Positions 18,436 to 32,973 of a stretch of DNA of 64,000 nucleotides are shown piece by piece. This stretch comes from Tubulanus polymorphus. Taxonomy: Eukaryota > Animalia > Nemertea. The notes beneath the pieces were generated by a model. That model was given only the letters and a program-made list of their open reading frames with translations, was not told the origin of the DNA and ran no database searches. Location: positions 27,570,299 to 27,634,298 of the forward strand of contig NC_134025.1 in NCBI RefSeq assembly GCF_964204645.1, given 5' to 3'. Both the position numbers and the translations under genes were made by a program. Every line of letters starts with the position of its first letter. The first letter of the stretch is position 1.

Positions 18436-21400
18436 TGAAATTAGGTTGAACTGCTAGGATATTTTAACGAAATAACAACTCTCAGAGCTCTGAACCAAAC
18501 TGGCCTCGAGTACCGTCATGTGGAACATTACCGAATACGGAATTGAGGAATCGTGCGAATCCATGTTCCTCACATGAAAAACTTAAAAGACTAAACTCAG
18601 TGCTTAGAACTACTAGTCTGCCAGTCGGGTTCAGAGCTCGAAAACACATTATAGTCAACTAACAAGAATTTGTATGCAAACTGTTGTAACCTGAAATTTA
18701 GAAAAAGCGGTTTTGAAAAATTGTTCAAAACCTGAATGGAACAGATCTGAATTCATGATAATTAACAGTGAACGATCAATAGACTATTTATGAGTGTCAC
18801 TGTTTGTCGATATCACTGTATGATTCAACAACAGCTTATCTTCAAATATAAACTCATCCGATCAGAACTTCTTGCAATTAGATATATTCTCTGTGAATGA
18901 AGTTGAGCTGATTGTTGAAAGGTTCGAAACGTGTTTGAATTGTACATAGTGTGTATAATTTTGTAGCAGAAGATTTTGGTACGTTAGAAATTTAGAAACG
19001 TTGGATCATGTTTATGAAGAATAGTTATTGAATGTAACTGCTATTGAGTATGTGAATGAGTTTACTATATAATGAATGAACTCGGAGTATTCTGAGAAGT
19101 CAAGTCAAATAACCTGTAATAAGGAAACTCATTCAAGTTGTGATTGTGTATAGTAGTAGGTATGATGATGACGTTTTTCAAAATTGGAAATCAAAATGTA
19201 ATTTTGGGGCCTTTTTGTGCTTTTTCAATTCATGAAACCTTTTTGATAAGATTATTGTGCTATTCGTGTTTTCCCGGGCTAAAGAATTGTACCAAGGGTT
19301 TGAGGGATACGACGACAATGTTCTATTGATCATTCATTCAAAAGTTGTATAGAAATCGAAATATCTTATTAAGTACAATCATTTAAGGCGAATTTGTGAT
19401 TGTGGCATGTAATGTATATACATATACATATATATGATATTGATGTGCCATTATATAAACGATTATTTATTCTATATAGAATGTTGTGTTTCGTGTAAAA
19501 AAGGTCTCAAAGAACCAGTATATAATTCTAATCTTGTCATGATAATAATATTCATTTAATCGATCCATACACAATGGACACCGTCTATTTAAGAATTACT
19601 ACGATTGAACTTTGGAATATGCGTCTTGAAAATGGTAACAAAATTTCTGAGCAATGAATGGATGTTAATAAGGATTATATGTTGGGTTTTGTATGCTTGC
19701 TTTTAGCAGACAAACTGCAATTAAACAGAACATAATACATGTATATTATATATATGTATGTATATTTATATGATAGTCTTAGAGAAAATGAGATATATCC
19801 CACCCCCCTTGTAAATAGAATCTAATGTATTATAGCATGTCTTTGGTATGAACGAAAAATGCATTAGTTTGTGACAAATGCATCGAGAAGTGGCTTTTGT
19901 CCCATAAGTCTGAAAAAAAGTGCATAACTTTGGATGATGATATCCGAGGCCATATTGCAGCCATTTATGTATGTGCACACACTGGTTAACCTTCGGTCAC
20001 AATCTTCTTTACTTCTAAAACATCTCGATTTAGTTTGCTGTGTATATTTGCTACTGTATTACTCGTCATTCAGATTATGTACACGGATATAAATCACATC
20101 GTCAAACGTTTAACAGCCCTCGTTTAGTTTGTAGCAAACTGAACACGAAATATTATTTATCAGGGCAATGACAACACTCGGAACACAGACATGTAGAGTC
20201 ATGAATATTTTTGTGGAAATGTATTTTTATTTTCATATTGGTGCTATGTGAGTAGTCAGTAATGTATTAGCACTATGCACATCGCAGTTAGCAGGGGCCA
20301 TTAGCGGATGACTTCGAAAGCTTCCTAAAATGTCAAAAAAGTATCCTGTTATACAACAAATGGAATTTTATGTCGTTCTACGATGCAAACCCCTGGTTAT
20401 CACTCATCACTATTACGGTACACGACCGCCATTGCTTTTCATGCAGCGTTATTGTCTGATATTGCATTGTGCAATACACAGATTTAATCAGTCACAGTGT
20501 CGTTATTGTTTCATAACTTGTGATTCCACCAATCATCAACATTTGATGAAAGCCATTTTATGGCTCCGCCTGTAATAGTTGGACTGGTGACAAGTTATTT
20601 TGGGGCTCAATACATGTAGATTCTGTAAATATAATAAGTATGATATACCGGTACTCCATTCAGAGTTCAATGTTTCATGGAATATTTACTGTACACTATT
20701 GTAATATAATTAAGACATTGTGTGCCTATGGTTAACTAGTAACATGAAGTCACACTGTCCCCGAGTTAGTGATGATGGTTGATAATATGGTTTGCTGTTC
20801 TGTCCACTGTAAATAACTTGCACTTTCAGGCTGTATAGAACAAATGTTGTATGATATAAATATCATTGTACGGGGCAGATATTTCCCTTGCAATGGCACC
20901 AGAAATACAAACCCTTCAAACGCCACAAGATAATCAAAAGAGTCTAGAAACATGGCTACATTTTCTGGTAATTGAAACAAAACTAGTGAAAACTTATAAA
21001 TAGAATTTGTATAATGCTGACCTAATTTATGATGATGTATGTTTATTTCACTTGTATTACGCAATTTGGCTTTATTCGATATTAAAAAAGTATCATTTTG
21101 TTTCGCAAAATACATAATTGTCAATAAACATTACCACATAAGAATTTCAAAATATGTTTTGTCTTACATGATGATGATGTTTATTTCACCTGTCGCAAAG
21201 AATATCCATCACAAATTTCAATGAAAAAAGGTGAACCATTAGGAAGCAACAGGTCTCGGAAAGCGGGCCAAAATTGACCTTTTTGGGCACACATTGGGAT
21301 TTTCACAGAACGGCCATCTTCAGTGCGATCAGCCAAATATTTCTTGCGCTGAAGGGCCCTTGTGGTGGGGATACAAATATGTGGCAAGATCAAAATGATT

Positions 21401-21520
21401 TATTGATAGAAGAGTCTTTAAATTTCCCTTGAAACCTTCAAAAATATGTAAACAAGAAACGAAATTCTTAAGATGGACTTTCCTAAATTTACACGATGTA
21501 TTAACTGTTTAATCCAGTAC

Positions 21521-21646
21521 GAAGCCCTAAGGTAACATAATTTTTGTTAAGATAATTTTTCACAATTTTGACTTACCAACTCGAATTTCGACATGATTTA
21601 AGTCGAAATTGTGAAAGAATTATCTCGTATGTCACCGAGGGGCTTC
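21521..21646. mobile_element. Hairpin/MITE-like inverted repeat between the striatin and UBR 3' ends
   Basis: Left arm gaagccctaaggtaacata...agataatttttcacaattttgactta pairs with right arm taagtcgaaattgtgaaagaattatct..tatgtcaccgaggggcttc. Confidence 0.7.
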
Positions 21647-23270
21647 TAAGAAAAAGTGTTTTTTTCAAATTATGAGTGGCAACAAAAATACACCTTTATG
21701 TATTTTTGGTAACAGTGCATGTATTCTTCTGAAACAAAGTAGTTTAACGACAAATCAATAACTAAATTAATAAATAAGCAATGCATTCCGATAAAATTCA
21801 ATAGGGTTAGAGATTTCATTACTGCATTGAATGTTTTTCAAGTACCGAAGAGAAACTAAGCTTCATTCGGAAGTTATTTTGTACCTAAGTAAGAAAATTT
21901 CATATGCGATAGCAAAATGGACTTCGCTAAAGCGAGAGGTCACAAAAAGTAAAGAATTATACCACCATGAACCATCAATCCACAAAATAACATAATTTTA
22001 CAATGATTTCCATGATTGATTATGGTCTGTTTATTTACAATAATAATATACAGCTCTGTAGAGTTCAACAAATTTAACTTTGGAAAAGCAACTACATGAC
22101 AACAGCTTTTAAATCAAGCACAAAACTCTCCTTTAGATTCCTAAAATATTACATAAACCTATAAAAAGAAAACAATTTAAGTATTGAAGCACACTTTACG
22201 ACCGAACAGTCATTAATGATTAATGATTTCTTTTAACTGAAAAAACTACCGGTACCTCAAATGTAGAATCCCTCCGAAATATTCAAATAACAAATGTGTC
22301 TTGGTTTACACACATGAATAACAAAACAGACTGAAATAATACCTCTGTATATTTATGAATAAGTTATTATAAAAGTTCAGAGGAAAACATCAGTCAAAAA
22401 GTCTCACATCCCGGTGACCGATTTATACCCAAGATCTGCATGGAGTGGTTTTCGTACATGTAATTCTTATATGACACAACACTATAATAGACATCACTTG
22501 AATTTAGTCACAGCATTCCTCATAGACCCACTATTAGAGGAGTCATATATACAAATATCATGCTTAAAATAAGTTAAAGGCTCAAAAACCACACGAACAT
22601 TTACAGCAATAAATATTTCCATGCTTTTTATGTACATGTGTTTCCATTTCGTTACATATTGTATTTCTGAAGAAATTTAACGCAAAAACAACGGAAATTC
22701 CTAAAACGAAGATCTAAGACGCACTTACGACCTTCAGTCTTCCTTTTAGGGGTTTTTGTGTTACACTCACTCACATAAACTTAGTTTTCTGGCGTTTAAC
22801 TACCATAACAGGGAGTGAAAATTGCATCATATTTACTGGTTAATAATAGTACATATTCTACAACATATTTCTGCGAATCAAGTCACAGCAATGGTTTTGC
22901 TCAGATGATCAACATTTTACTGAAATATTTTAGTGGATTTAAAAGTTGATGATCATGTAATATAATCAGTAGTTCGAGTACTAGGTAATATATTCATCAA
23001 TGCTTCCTCAAATTGAAACATGCCTTCAAAATATAAAACACCAAGACTTATTTTCTAAATGGACTCATTCTTATAAAGATGAGCTACAATATCGCAGAAG
23101 CAAATGTATTTTCAAAAGTGAACATATTTGGCACCGACATTCTAATTGTAACATGTAGTTATTTGCCAAGTAGACAAATACCGGTTAGACAAATGACAAT
23201 TCAAAAACATCAAATAATGGCTGCATCAAAGTGATTTGTTAAGTGTTAAAATCTTCTAAAACCCTAGTTG

Positions 23271-26200
23271 CTATAAATGTAACCAGTCGATAGTAGTAAG
23301 GTTTGTGTTCGACTCGAGATGATGTGCAATCTCTTCTGGTATTCCATGAGATAACCATAGTTTGTGCAGTTTTTTATATCTCTCTTTACACAGCCGTAGG
23401 GGGTTACCACGTCTGTAATATAAAACAATTAAAAACATAAATAGACAAGTCCTTCTCCAACTGAATTCATGTTCGATTTATATATGGAAATATATCCTAC
23501 CTTAATCCTTGGTCTGTTTCACCGTAGTCATCGAGATATGGTGGTGGAAAGAAACAACCTTTTGTTCTTCCAGACAATAACAGAATCTGACATTCCCTGA
23601 CTCTGTGAAAACATAAAATATAGGTAACATCATTGAATTGATGAACAACGCACTGCTAAAATTCATATCAATCAATTGAAATAATTTACACACCTCAAAA
23701 ATAGGCCGACACCAGCACCACAAGTATGAGCATGTGCAGTAGCAGCACCAACCATTATATTATCCAGTTCAGTTTGACAGCAGTAACTTTGAGAACAGAG
23801 TAACTGACCACATACTAAACACAACGTTGGTGCTCGACTATCATCTCCATCCGACTTCGGGCAGCTGAAACATCAAAATAAATCATTTATTAGCACAAAT
23901 TTCGACAGATGAAACAGTTTCTGAATCGTGTTTTTCTTTGTTGTGTCACTTACGGAAATGTTGATGCATCGTTGATGATATCACTGTAGTCATTAGGTAA
24001 ATCTATCAGCTGATTAATGATGGTGGGATAACTCGCAACATTCTCAGATGAAGCGGAAAATGAATCTTTCACACGTTCATCACTACACCAACTACAAGCA
24101 ACAATAACCAATACTCATCCAGAATTCATCAACTGCTTATGCATGAGGAATATAAGATACTAACAGTCTTTCTTCGGTCAACTTACCTTTTAACGAGATC
24201 TTGAATGACTGTACCTTGATTATCAAAAAGTGTCGATAAATTGACAGGAAGGTCAAGATATTTACACAAAACTGAATGCTGATCAATACAAGAATCTGTA
24301 ACAAGCCAAATATACATTATCACCACAAATACTCAGTAATGATTCTGTGTTTTCAGCTGCAGGAAATAATTTAGAAGTATTACAGACCTAACAGTTCTTT
24401 AGGACTTGGCACACCAGTCAGAAAGTGGAAGAATATGGCTACACTTCGCAAAAATGGTAAACATGCCTTCAAAACGTACTGTTTCATCTGCCACGGAGAA
24501 GGTACAACAAGTGTTGTTAGCCTGGAAACAAAACGAAAGTTTATTGAAAATCTATATTTCTTATGGACTCAATATATGATAAATTGAAGATGTTTATGAC
24601 TATCATCGTACCCAGCTAAATCTCGAACATGTTTGAAAATTCTCAGAAGAGCCTGACTTTCGGCATCCGATTCAATCTCCATACATTCTAAAAAATATTT
24701 TATGATCCATTTAATTCCTTAGTGACAGGTAAGGTCAATTGAATGAGAAATCAGATTAAAACAGGTTGTACCTTCATGTTGAAAATCAGCTGTAAGCATA
24801 ATCTGCACGATGTGTGCAACTAGAACCAGTTCTAACACGTGTTTATCACTTAGATCACCGGTGGGCATTATAGTAAATGATGACTTCTGATCTTCGGTAT
24901 ACAGAGTCGGTAAAGTCAAACACAAGTAGATGAAATAATGAAACATATCGAAATCAATGATGCAAGGAGCTGGAGACTTCGGTTTAAAGTCTGTTTTGTG
25001 AAACAACGCTGCAAAATAAATCGAAGAACTGGTGAATGGGAGATATTTTCAACAACTCCTTTGTTTAATACATTAATTCAAAAGTTCCTAGATACCTGTA
25101 AGTAGTCTGATACAGTGTTTTTTGACTAGTTCTCTCGTTTGCACCTGATTACAAACAGCGGCAAATTTCGTCAATGCATTCAAACAATCTAACTGCCGTG
25201 ATGTCATAGCACCAAATAAAGGTTTGCCTTCATTTCTCAAACATTGTTCTGCAAATAAATACAAAGCCACAATTATCGATTGATACAAGAAATAATGAGC
25301 TTGGAAGTATGAATTAGCATAGATTGAGTCTCACCAATAGTTTGAATGGTATAGGCACATGTAGACCAGGCTAGGATTGGCACTCTACAGTTTGTATCAT
25401 CGGGGTTCAAACCAAGCCCAACCTGCAAATATGAGAAATACAGGCATAAATACTACTGGTATATGTTGACGTACGGGCATAATTTATTACTTTTTCAGTA
25501 TTCTAATTTTCAAATACTTACCGAGTACACATCACAAGAAAATTTGCGGACCATATTTATGATACTTTCTGAGAAGTTTTCCCTAGAAACAGAGAAATAG
25601 AATGATAAAGTTAAAGGTCAATCAAGGGATTATTAACTACATTGTTTTATTCTTACCCTTCAGTTTCGTACACATATTCATACAGCATTTGAAAGTTTTT
25701 AGCGACACTGTCCGCCATCATCTTAGTTATAAGAGGCAAAGGACAGGGTTGTAGGAGAAATGATTCCTCTGTAACATGAACAAACGATTTATCAATTAAT
25801 GGTATAAAATCTATTATTAGGTTGAATATCGTTCTGATAATTTCGAACACATACCTTGAACTTCTTTTTCCTCGGCCTCTTGAACGCTTGCTTCAACAGT
25901 TTTCAGTAATCCATCCAACCAGTCATTCAAACTGAGATCAATTTCTTTTTTCTCATCACTAAAAGCACAAAGGAGGAATAAGGATCAGTCAAACAAATGT
26001 AAAGGTCTCCAGCGCCGAAAGCCACCGGCAGGTAAGTCATACACTTACCATTCTTTCAGTAATGATTGCACCGATGGGACTATAGGTATCACAGTATTGC
26101 TTATCGTTTCACACAAAGGACATAAAAATTCCATCTTCTCGATATCGAAACTCGGATGATGACGCAATCTGAACATTCTTCTCCTCTCTTGCATCAACAC

Positions 26201-29200
26201 CGAATCGAAGAATCTACAATAAAACAAATCTACAACGTGCAGACAAATTTGAAATGAGCTAAAAAGAGAAGAGACGATACTGGATGAAACGAATTACGTT
26301 TGCCAGCAGTCAGCATGCATAACATGTCCGCATGTGCTCGAATGAGTTCCGCAGAAGAGATCGGCCGGCATGAATAATGGATCATACTCGTCGACATTCT
26401 TTATCTTTCGCTCGCGGTTCGATGACAAAACAGTCGATCGTTGAACGAATGTGGCGAGTACCATGGCTCGCCCATCATGATTAAGATCTTCTTGTTCCTG
26501 ACACAGAATGCACGTCATTCTCTGAACACCCGTGTAATTACTACCCGACTGTTTAGAACCGATACAAACTGGACTCGTATCCGACGCTTGACTGAAATAC
26601 AACATCGGTCGTTCATTTAAAACACGTATAATTTTTAAACAGCCAGGATCTTAAAAACTCCGTAGAATTATACCTGATATCCATATCAGAACTGGCAGGT
26701 TGTAATTCAGAACTTGTGCTTTCAAACAGTTCCGCATTTTCCATGATGAAATTCCTTTGCATCATTGACATCTGGGCCATAATTCGGTTGCGTCGCTTCG
26801 CGGCCATTTCCGCCTTTTTCTTCTTCTCTTTCTCTAGTTTTTCATCTTTCACAACTCCCGTTGTGTGTAGATGGTCCATAGCGACCGTGCTGTCTTTCAA
26901 TTTACACACTTCGGCGAAAGTCTGAAATTATGACAAAATAGACTACATGTAGAAATGTATATAGATATATTGATACAAGCATATCCTGTGGATTAATTAC
27001 CTTTAGGACCCAACTGAGAAGATCTTTTTGCGCATCATGGGCGAGATTGTGATTTCCAACTAACTGTTCCAGCTGACTAATGATACTCTCATTCGCGCCT
27101 AAACAATAACAAACAAATATAGGATGAAGAATAAACGCAACTGTGTAAACGTAATTTCATCGAACAATCAAACCTACCAACAGTTGCTTTTTCCACGAAA
27201 CAAAAAGCACGTTCACCATTATCATATTGTCGCTTATCTTCGTATAATGCTAGTCCAATCAAATGTAAGGTCTGTATATAAAACACAAGCATTAAATATT
27301 GAACTGATTCAGTTAATATTTCACATGTTAAAGACAACTCTATTTACCTTTTCAAACTGAGTTTCCGACCATGACCTTGATCTAGTAGCAGCCGTACGTT
27401 TCAGGATGATTTTGATGAGATAAATCATCACATCACAGTGTAATAGATTAACGATCGTTGAAAATGCTTGCGAAAACGGTGGAGGGTACGGTGGAGGAAG
27501 GGCCTGATCTTCATTCGCCTGTTTCTTCCTTTTCCTTTGAGCTTCTTCAGACTGTAATAATCAATTATAACAAATACCCGTAGACTTTTCTTAATCAATA
27601 AGCTTATCAAAAATTGTTCCTGTCATAAGAGAACAAATCCGCCTTACTTTGGTCTGTTCAGCTCTTGTGTAGTGATAGAAATACGGGTTATAATGTTCGT
27701 ATTGTTCCTCTTTCAGTTCAAACAAACCCTTCCCGGTTCCAACAGGTTTCTTGAAGTCAGCCACATGATGCAGAACTTGGTCGAGTCCAGTTTCATCATT
27801 ATGCTGCAAGGTAAAATGATTAGTGGTTACAAGTCATTCTTTAAGATTTCTGTGTATAAGGAAACACGAAGCACGTACATCTTCGGGTAAAGATTTACTA
27901 ATTTCACTGTGAGCCATCGGATGAATACATAACTGATGTACAACTTCCCTTTTCAAACTATCAGCCTGTGAAACATAGCCAATGTTAGGCACGTATCGTT
28001 CCCCTGAAATGAACAATACAATATCAGTATATCAGTTATTAGGAAATGAAATGAAGGAAAAACTATGCTTCTGAATCTTGTTTGAAATATTCACCCAATA
28101 ATATAATCAAAAGATTTAAGAATTCTTCGGCTATAATCACAGTTTGTCGGACTAGATCATCTTGTGGGCTGCCACCGGGCTGGTCATATTCCTCCCTGAA
28201 AATGACAATTCAAAGCAATTCATGTAAAGTACTCATATCATTTGAACAGTGAATGTATAAGTAGTAAGTATGTACCTAATCCACGCGAGTAAATTAAACT
28301 TGTTCAGTAAATGAATCATGAACTCATTACTTTCAATAAGAGAAGCACCAGCCTGAAATACATAAATGACACAATAATATGTAATACAAACATCATTGAT
28401 CAAACACCGGTAGTAAAGAACAATAATAACCTGAATTATTTGAATGTCTCTGTCGTACATTTCAGTTCTACAGCGGACATTACTGTAGAAGAAAATCTGA
28501 AAACAGATTAAAGAAATAGTAGGTGAATTCTATAGTGTTTCTGATTGAATTAATGCACAACATGACACGTATATTTACTGACCTGATTTAGTAATGAATA
28601 TCCATTTCTTCTCCACATACCGGCTTGAGTTTGAGCTATCATCACCTGCGCTCTCAAACCTGGTTCTATCAATTCTATCGGTCGTAACTTTGTCTGAAAT
28701 AAGAGAAAATCATTTTAATATCGCGTCATAGATACAGAAGTTGAACTTTCAAAGTTTGTGCGTAGTCATTTGTACCTGTAAGGAGATCTCTTCAGAGAAG
28801 AACGACAGTCCATGCTGCTCTAGATACAGATGTAAACCAGCCAGAATTCGGTTCAGTGACAAATGAATTGATATCGGTTGACTAGCTACATCGTACTTAA
28901 TACAATTAGCTTCTTTTCCTGCAACTAAAAAAGAGAAGCGATACCGAGTCAACGTAAAACTCAAATAACATTTCAAAGCTAGTTATCGTAGACGTACGCG
29001 ACGCATTTACCTGTGCACATTTGACGATTGTAACTATCGAACTGATCTCGACACTGATACAAAACATCAATCACTGCTTTATACGCTTCAATCAACACGT
29101 ATTTCTACAAGTAAACAGCAAATATTAGATTCCATTAAAATGTAAAGCAATCGTTCGGGTGATTTATATATACTTACGTCAGAACCACACCACTGCAATA

Positions 29201-32200
29201 ATAAGGCTATGTTTCCAGATAATTTCAACTGTAAATTAAACGCCACTTCCCATTCGGGTTCGAACTCGAGATGTTGTCCTGTTTGTCGAGTTACTGAATC
29301 CATACCCTAGAATCACACATAGATTCATTATAAGAACATACAATTACGAATGTTTCAAATTTGATTAGATGCATTTAATGAAATGCTTACCTGCATACAT
29401 TTCAGTAGTTCCAAAAACACATTGAATCCATTGATGAAATTTTCTCTTAGATTATCATTCCACTCTTCAGGGCTCGGTTTACAGGACAGTGCATATCTAG
29501 TTTTAATTGAATTTTACCGAAATTAATTATTCACATAAATCGTTTGAACTACATTCTATATTTCTATGAGACTTACTTCAGATCATAAAGCATATATTGA
29601 GCTCGACGGAAAGCTTGGCTTCGTTCATTCCTTTCAAATGCAAATTTGCCATCTCCTTCAATGTCAATATTTTCAGTTATAATAAGGAAACAACAGACTT
29701 TCACCAAAGACTTGTTTCAATGAATAGTTAATTTTCTGAGTTACTTACTGCGTTTTTTTGATTGACACTCATTTAAAAATGCCCTCAGTATTACGCTAAT
29801 CAGGTCATGTTCCATTATCAACATCCGTGCCTGTTAAATGTAAATCATCATATGTATGATTAGGAATTAACAAATGTAGGCTGAAAGATTCTGAATCTTG
29901 GGGGAAATGAAATGTTTTATAATCGCGATATCCCTGGGGACCATTAAATTATATATCTGACTACATTATCACATCTATCGAGAACGGGTGGCCAATAAAG
30001 CATGAAAATTATTGCACACCAATGGGACTTATATGTATAGTCTAAAGGTTACTGGATCACACTACTGGCAGTAAAACCTACCAATGTTGGCACTGTATAA
30101 ATTTGGACACAACATTTTGTAGCAGACACAAGGCGACTGTGATCATCCTCACAAAACTTTCTCATGATCTGGGGATACAGCTATAACGAGAGGGAGAACA
30201 GGTATCAAGATATTTATCTTTACTCGGACCTACCAGTGTGGGTACTGTGAATATCTGAACTGCCTCTGATACGACAGATATTGAGTGTTCATGATCATCT
30301 TTGATAAAATCTTTGATGATAAAGGGATACAGCTGTCAAAGACAATAAAACATCGCAGAAAATGTTAATCTCCTTATAACGCAAAACAAAAGCTTATTAT
30401 ATTGTGAGATCATGATTTGAAAGTTATTTCAATAACACTTATATTACCTTGGTGAACAGGATGGCAAAGCGCTTTTTATATTCAGCATCCATGAGAACTC
30501 TAAAATAAAATTTTAGAAATATTAACTAACATTCATTCAAACCAACAATGCTTCAATCATGCATATAGATATTTACAACAACGATAGACTCACCCACTCA
30601 TGATAAGCTGATGAACTTGTATCCTCGCTACTTTCCAATACTGTGTATCTTGTAACAACGCGCGTTCAATAAATGAGAAATTGCCTTCCGTTGTTGAAAT
30701 AGACGACGTTGCAAAAGCCACGTCACAAAATAGATTACGCAGACCATCTGAAAAATAAATAAACAATGTGGAGCTGATATACCGTACATGTTCAAATGTA
30801 CCACATATAAGTTTGAAAAATTTCATGGTTTGTTTACCTGATTTTGACACAATTTCCTGAAGCCATCCAAGAATTTTGATAGCGAATAACTGATGAGCAA
30901 CGACAGAAGTATGCATTACAAGGCACTTTAACGGTCGATTACCGTGTCGAGAAGTTTGTCTCTAAAAAGAGTGAACGGAAACATTCGTTCATTCAGTTTT
31001 AATGAGTGAATAATATTGGGAGAAGTAAAATTAAGAGCCTTACTTCAATAGTGCTTCTAGCTCGTTCACAGTCACTGTGTTTCCCAACACGAACAATACT
31101 CCTTCCCTACAAAATATATTCAAATCATTAGAATTCACAATTTCAATTCGATCCTATCACACCGCAGATTCCGATCAAGTTAAATAGAATAAATCATCTA
31201 AAGACTATTGTAACAATCAACCAAATCCGACTTGAGAGCGGAGTGTTCTGAACATCGAAATACGATAAACCATGAACTACTCACCTCTCTGTCAACAGTA
31301 GTTGCAAAATCCATGGCCTCTTTTTTCGTACAGTCGACTGCTCTTTGTAAAGTGGTTATCACTTGTTCATAGGTGTGCACTTCATCATTGAATAACATGG
31401 TTACGTAAGTATCATCCATACCATTAATAGGGTTCAGATTAGGGGGTAGAGAATCTGGATGGTCCCAGGTTAATATATGCAATGAATACTCTACAAGGCA
31501 CCTATAAAGCTTTTCAGTCCTTTGTTTCAGTTCAAGTGGGAGCAACTCAACAGGGTCCTAAAATACAAAATTTAGTATATACAGTTTTGTATGGTTGTGA
31601 ATTATGAATGGATAAAAGTAGTTTTTGAAATATTTAAAAGTAGTTTTTCAAATCTTACCGATGCTTGTTTGGTTTGTTGACCTGGTTGATGAATATTGCA
31701 ATAAGGATCAGATTTCCACGCTTCTGCATCACCACAATCGCAATAACCTCCTCCACCAGATGTGCTCATCTGAAATATCAACCAAAATTTACTGAGTGGA
31801 TAGACATTAAGACCTAAGGAATGAATTATTAGAAATGTTGTCCGATCATAAAAGCGGTGAATAGGTTTCAATACTAACCCTGTATTTATGATCTTTGTGA
31901 ACACTTTTCTGAAAACACTGAATGCATAAAACACAGGTCGGGTCAGTTCCACAATCCCTAAAATAATAAAGATATAAAATAGCATAAAAAACCTTGTGGG
32001 CGAAATAATTACAAATCACAGATAGCTGATTATTCTTTTCAGCAGCTAAAATGAGAATTGAAATAGCTTAAATTTTCTAACATACCGACAAGAATACGTA
32101 GGTTCACCCATTTTGAAAACATGACCACATAACGCTGGGGGGTGATCCATTCCTTTCAGTTCTTGGAATACGGTATTTGGGTCTCCTGCACATATAAACG

Positions 32201-32632
32201 TCTCTAACAGACTGAACAGGATTTTCTTGGCTTTACGATCCTCCTTCTCGGTGTCAGGGCTGACAGCAGCGGTGTAGATATCTGGCACATAATGACGAAA
32301 ATGCGATTTCAGGGCATCGTCGAGAGTGTCAGTTTCAAATGCTTTATTGAAATCCTACATCAAAAATTGAAAAAATCAGTTAAAGACTTTCACGCACCAC
32401 ATTACTACTGCTGGGCATGGACTGCCAAGCAACAAGCAGAGCAGGAAGAAAAGTGGGTTGAAATGTTGAGTAATTTGAAAAATTTATCATGCAAAATTAG
32501 CGAAATCACCATTATCGAGTAATGGAAGCCGAGTTACTCCTTGAATTGATAAGCTCAGAAATAGACATATACCTGTAATATTTGGTTTCGATTGAACTCT
32601 ATACTGGCCGCTGGTGGTGAATTTTCAGCCAT
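23271..32632 (-). CDS. UBR2: E3 ubiquitin ligase UBR1/UBR2 (N-recognin); many exons
   Basis: UBR box ([16 protein letters not shown]...[19 protein letters not shown]); ClpS-like domain ([14 protein letters not shown]); RING (CILCQE...[12 protein letters not shown]...[12 protein letters not shown]); C-terminus [19 protein letters not shown]...IDWLHL*. Start [10 protein letters not shown] at 32632. Single invertebrate co-ortholog of UBR1 and UBR2. Confidence 0.95.
30082..30332 (-). other. Tandem duplicated 99-nt exons of UBR1/2 (30234-30332 and 30082-30180), candidate mutually exclusive pair
   Basis: [33 protein letters not shown] and [33 protein letters not shown]. Both have an AG acceptor, a GTAGGT donor, phase 0 and no stops; the spacer is 53 nt. 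Confidence 0.85.
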
Positions 32633-32973
32633 TTTTTCTCATCATCAGGTAAAGGGAGGAATGATATGAAGGACTTTATACAAAGTCCTCTTCCGCGTTT
32701 TAATGATGTACACGGGACGGTGTTTTATGAATAAATGTCTCTTTTTTCGTATGTATCGTTGATCGAGTTCAAGATGACATACTCAACAAGATATTTTGTT
32801 CTTATTTGTCTGAATCTTTGTACGTAGTTTCTGTAAAGAAGATGAAAAAATAATGAATAAAATTGAATTTTATTGAATCTTTAAGTTCGCGATTTACAAC
32901 AATTGTGGAGCCTGGATATTTGTTTATTGTTTGTATTTCCGGGTTTATTTTATTTTAAACTAGTTTATTTAAC
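32633..32973. promoter_or_regulatory. Bidirectional promoter between UBR1/2 and NUDT14
   Basis: The two ATGs diverge ~340 bp apart; ETS-like TTCCG motifs at ~32691 and ~32937. Confidence 0.55.

Noticed and set aside
19144-21393. Several 60-124 aa ORFs between striatin and UBR
   Set aside because: Their composition is typical of translated AT-rich UTR, with no splice pattern or domain.
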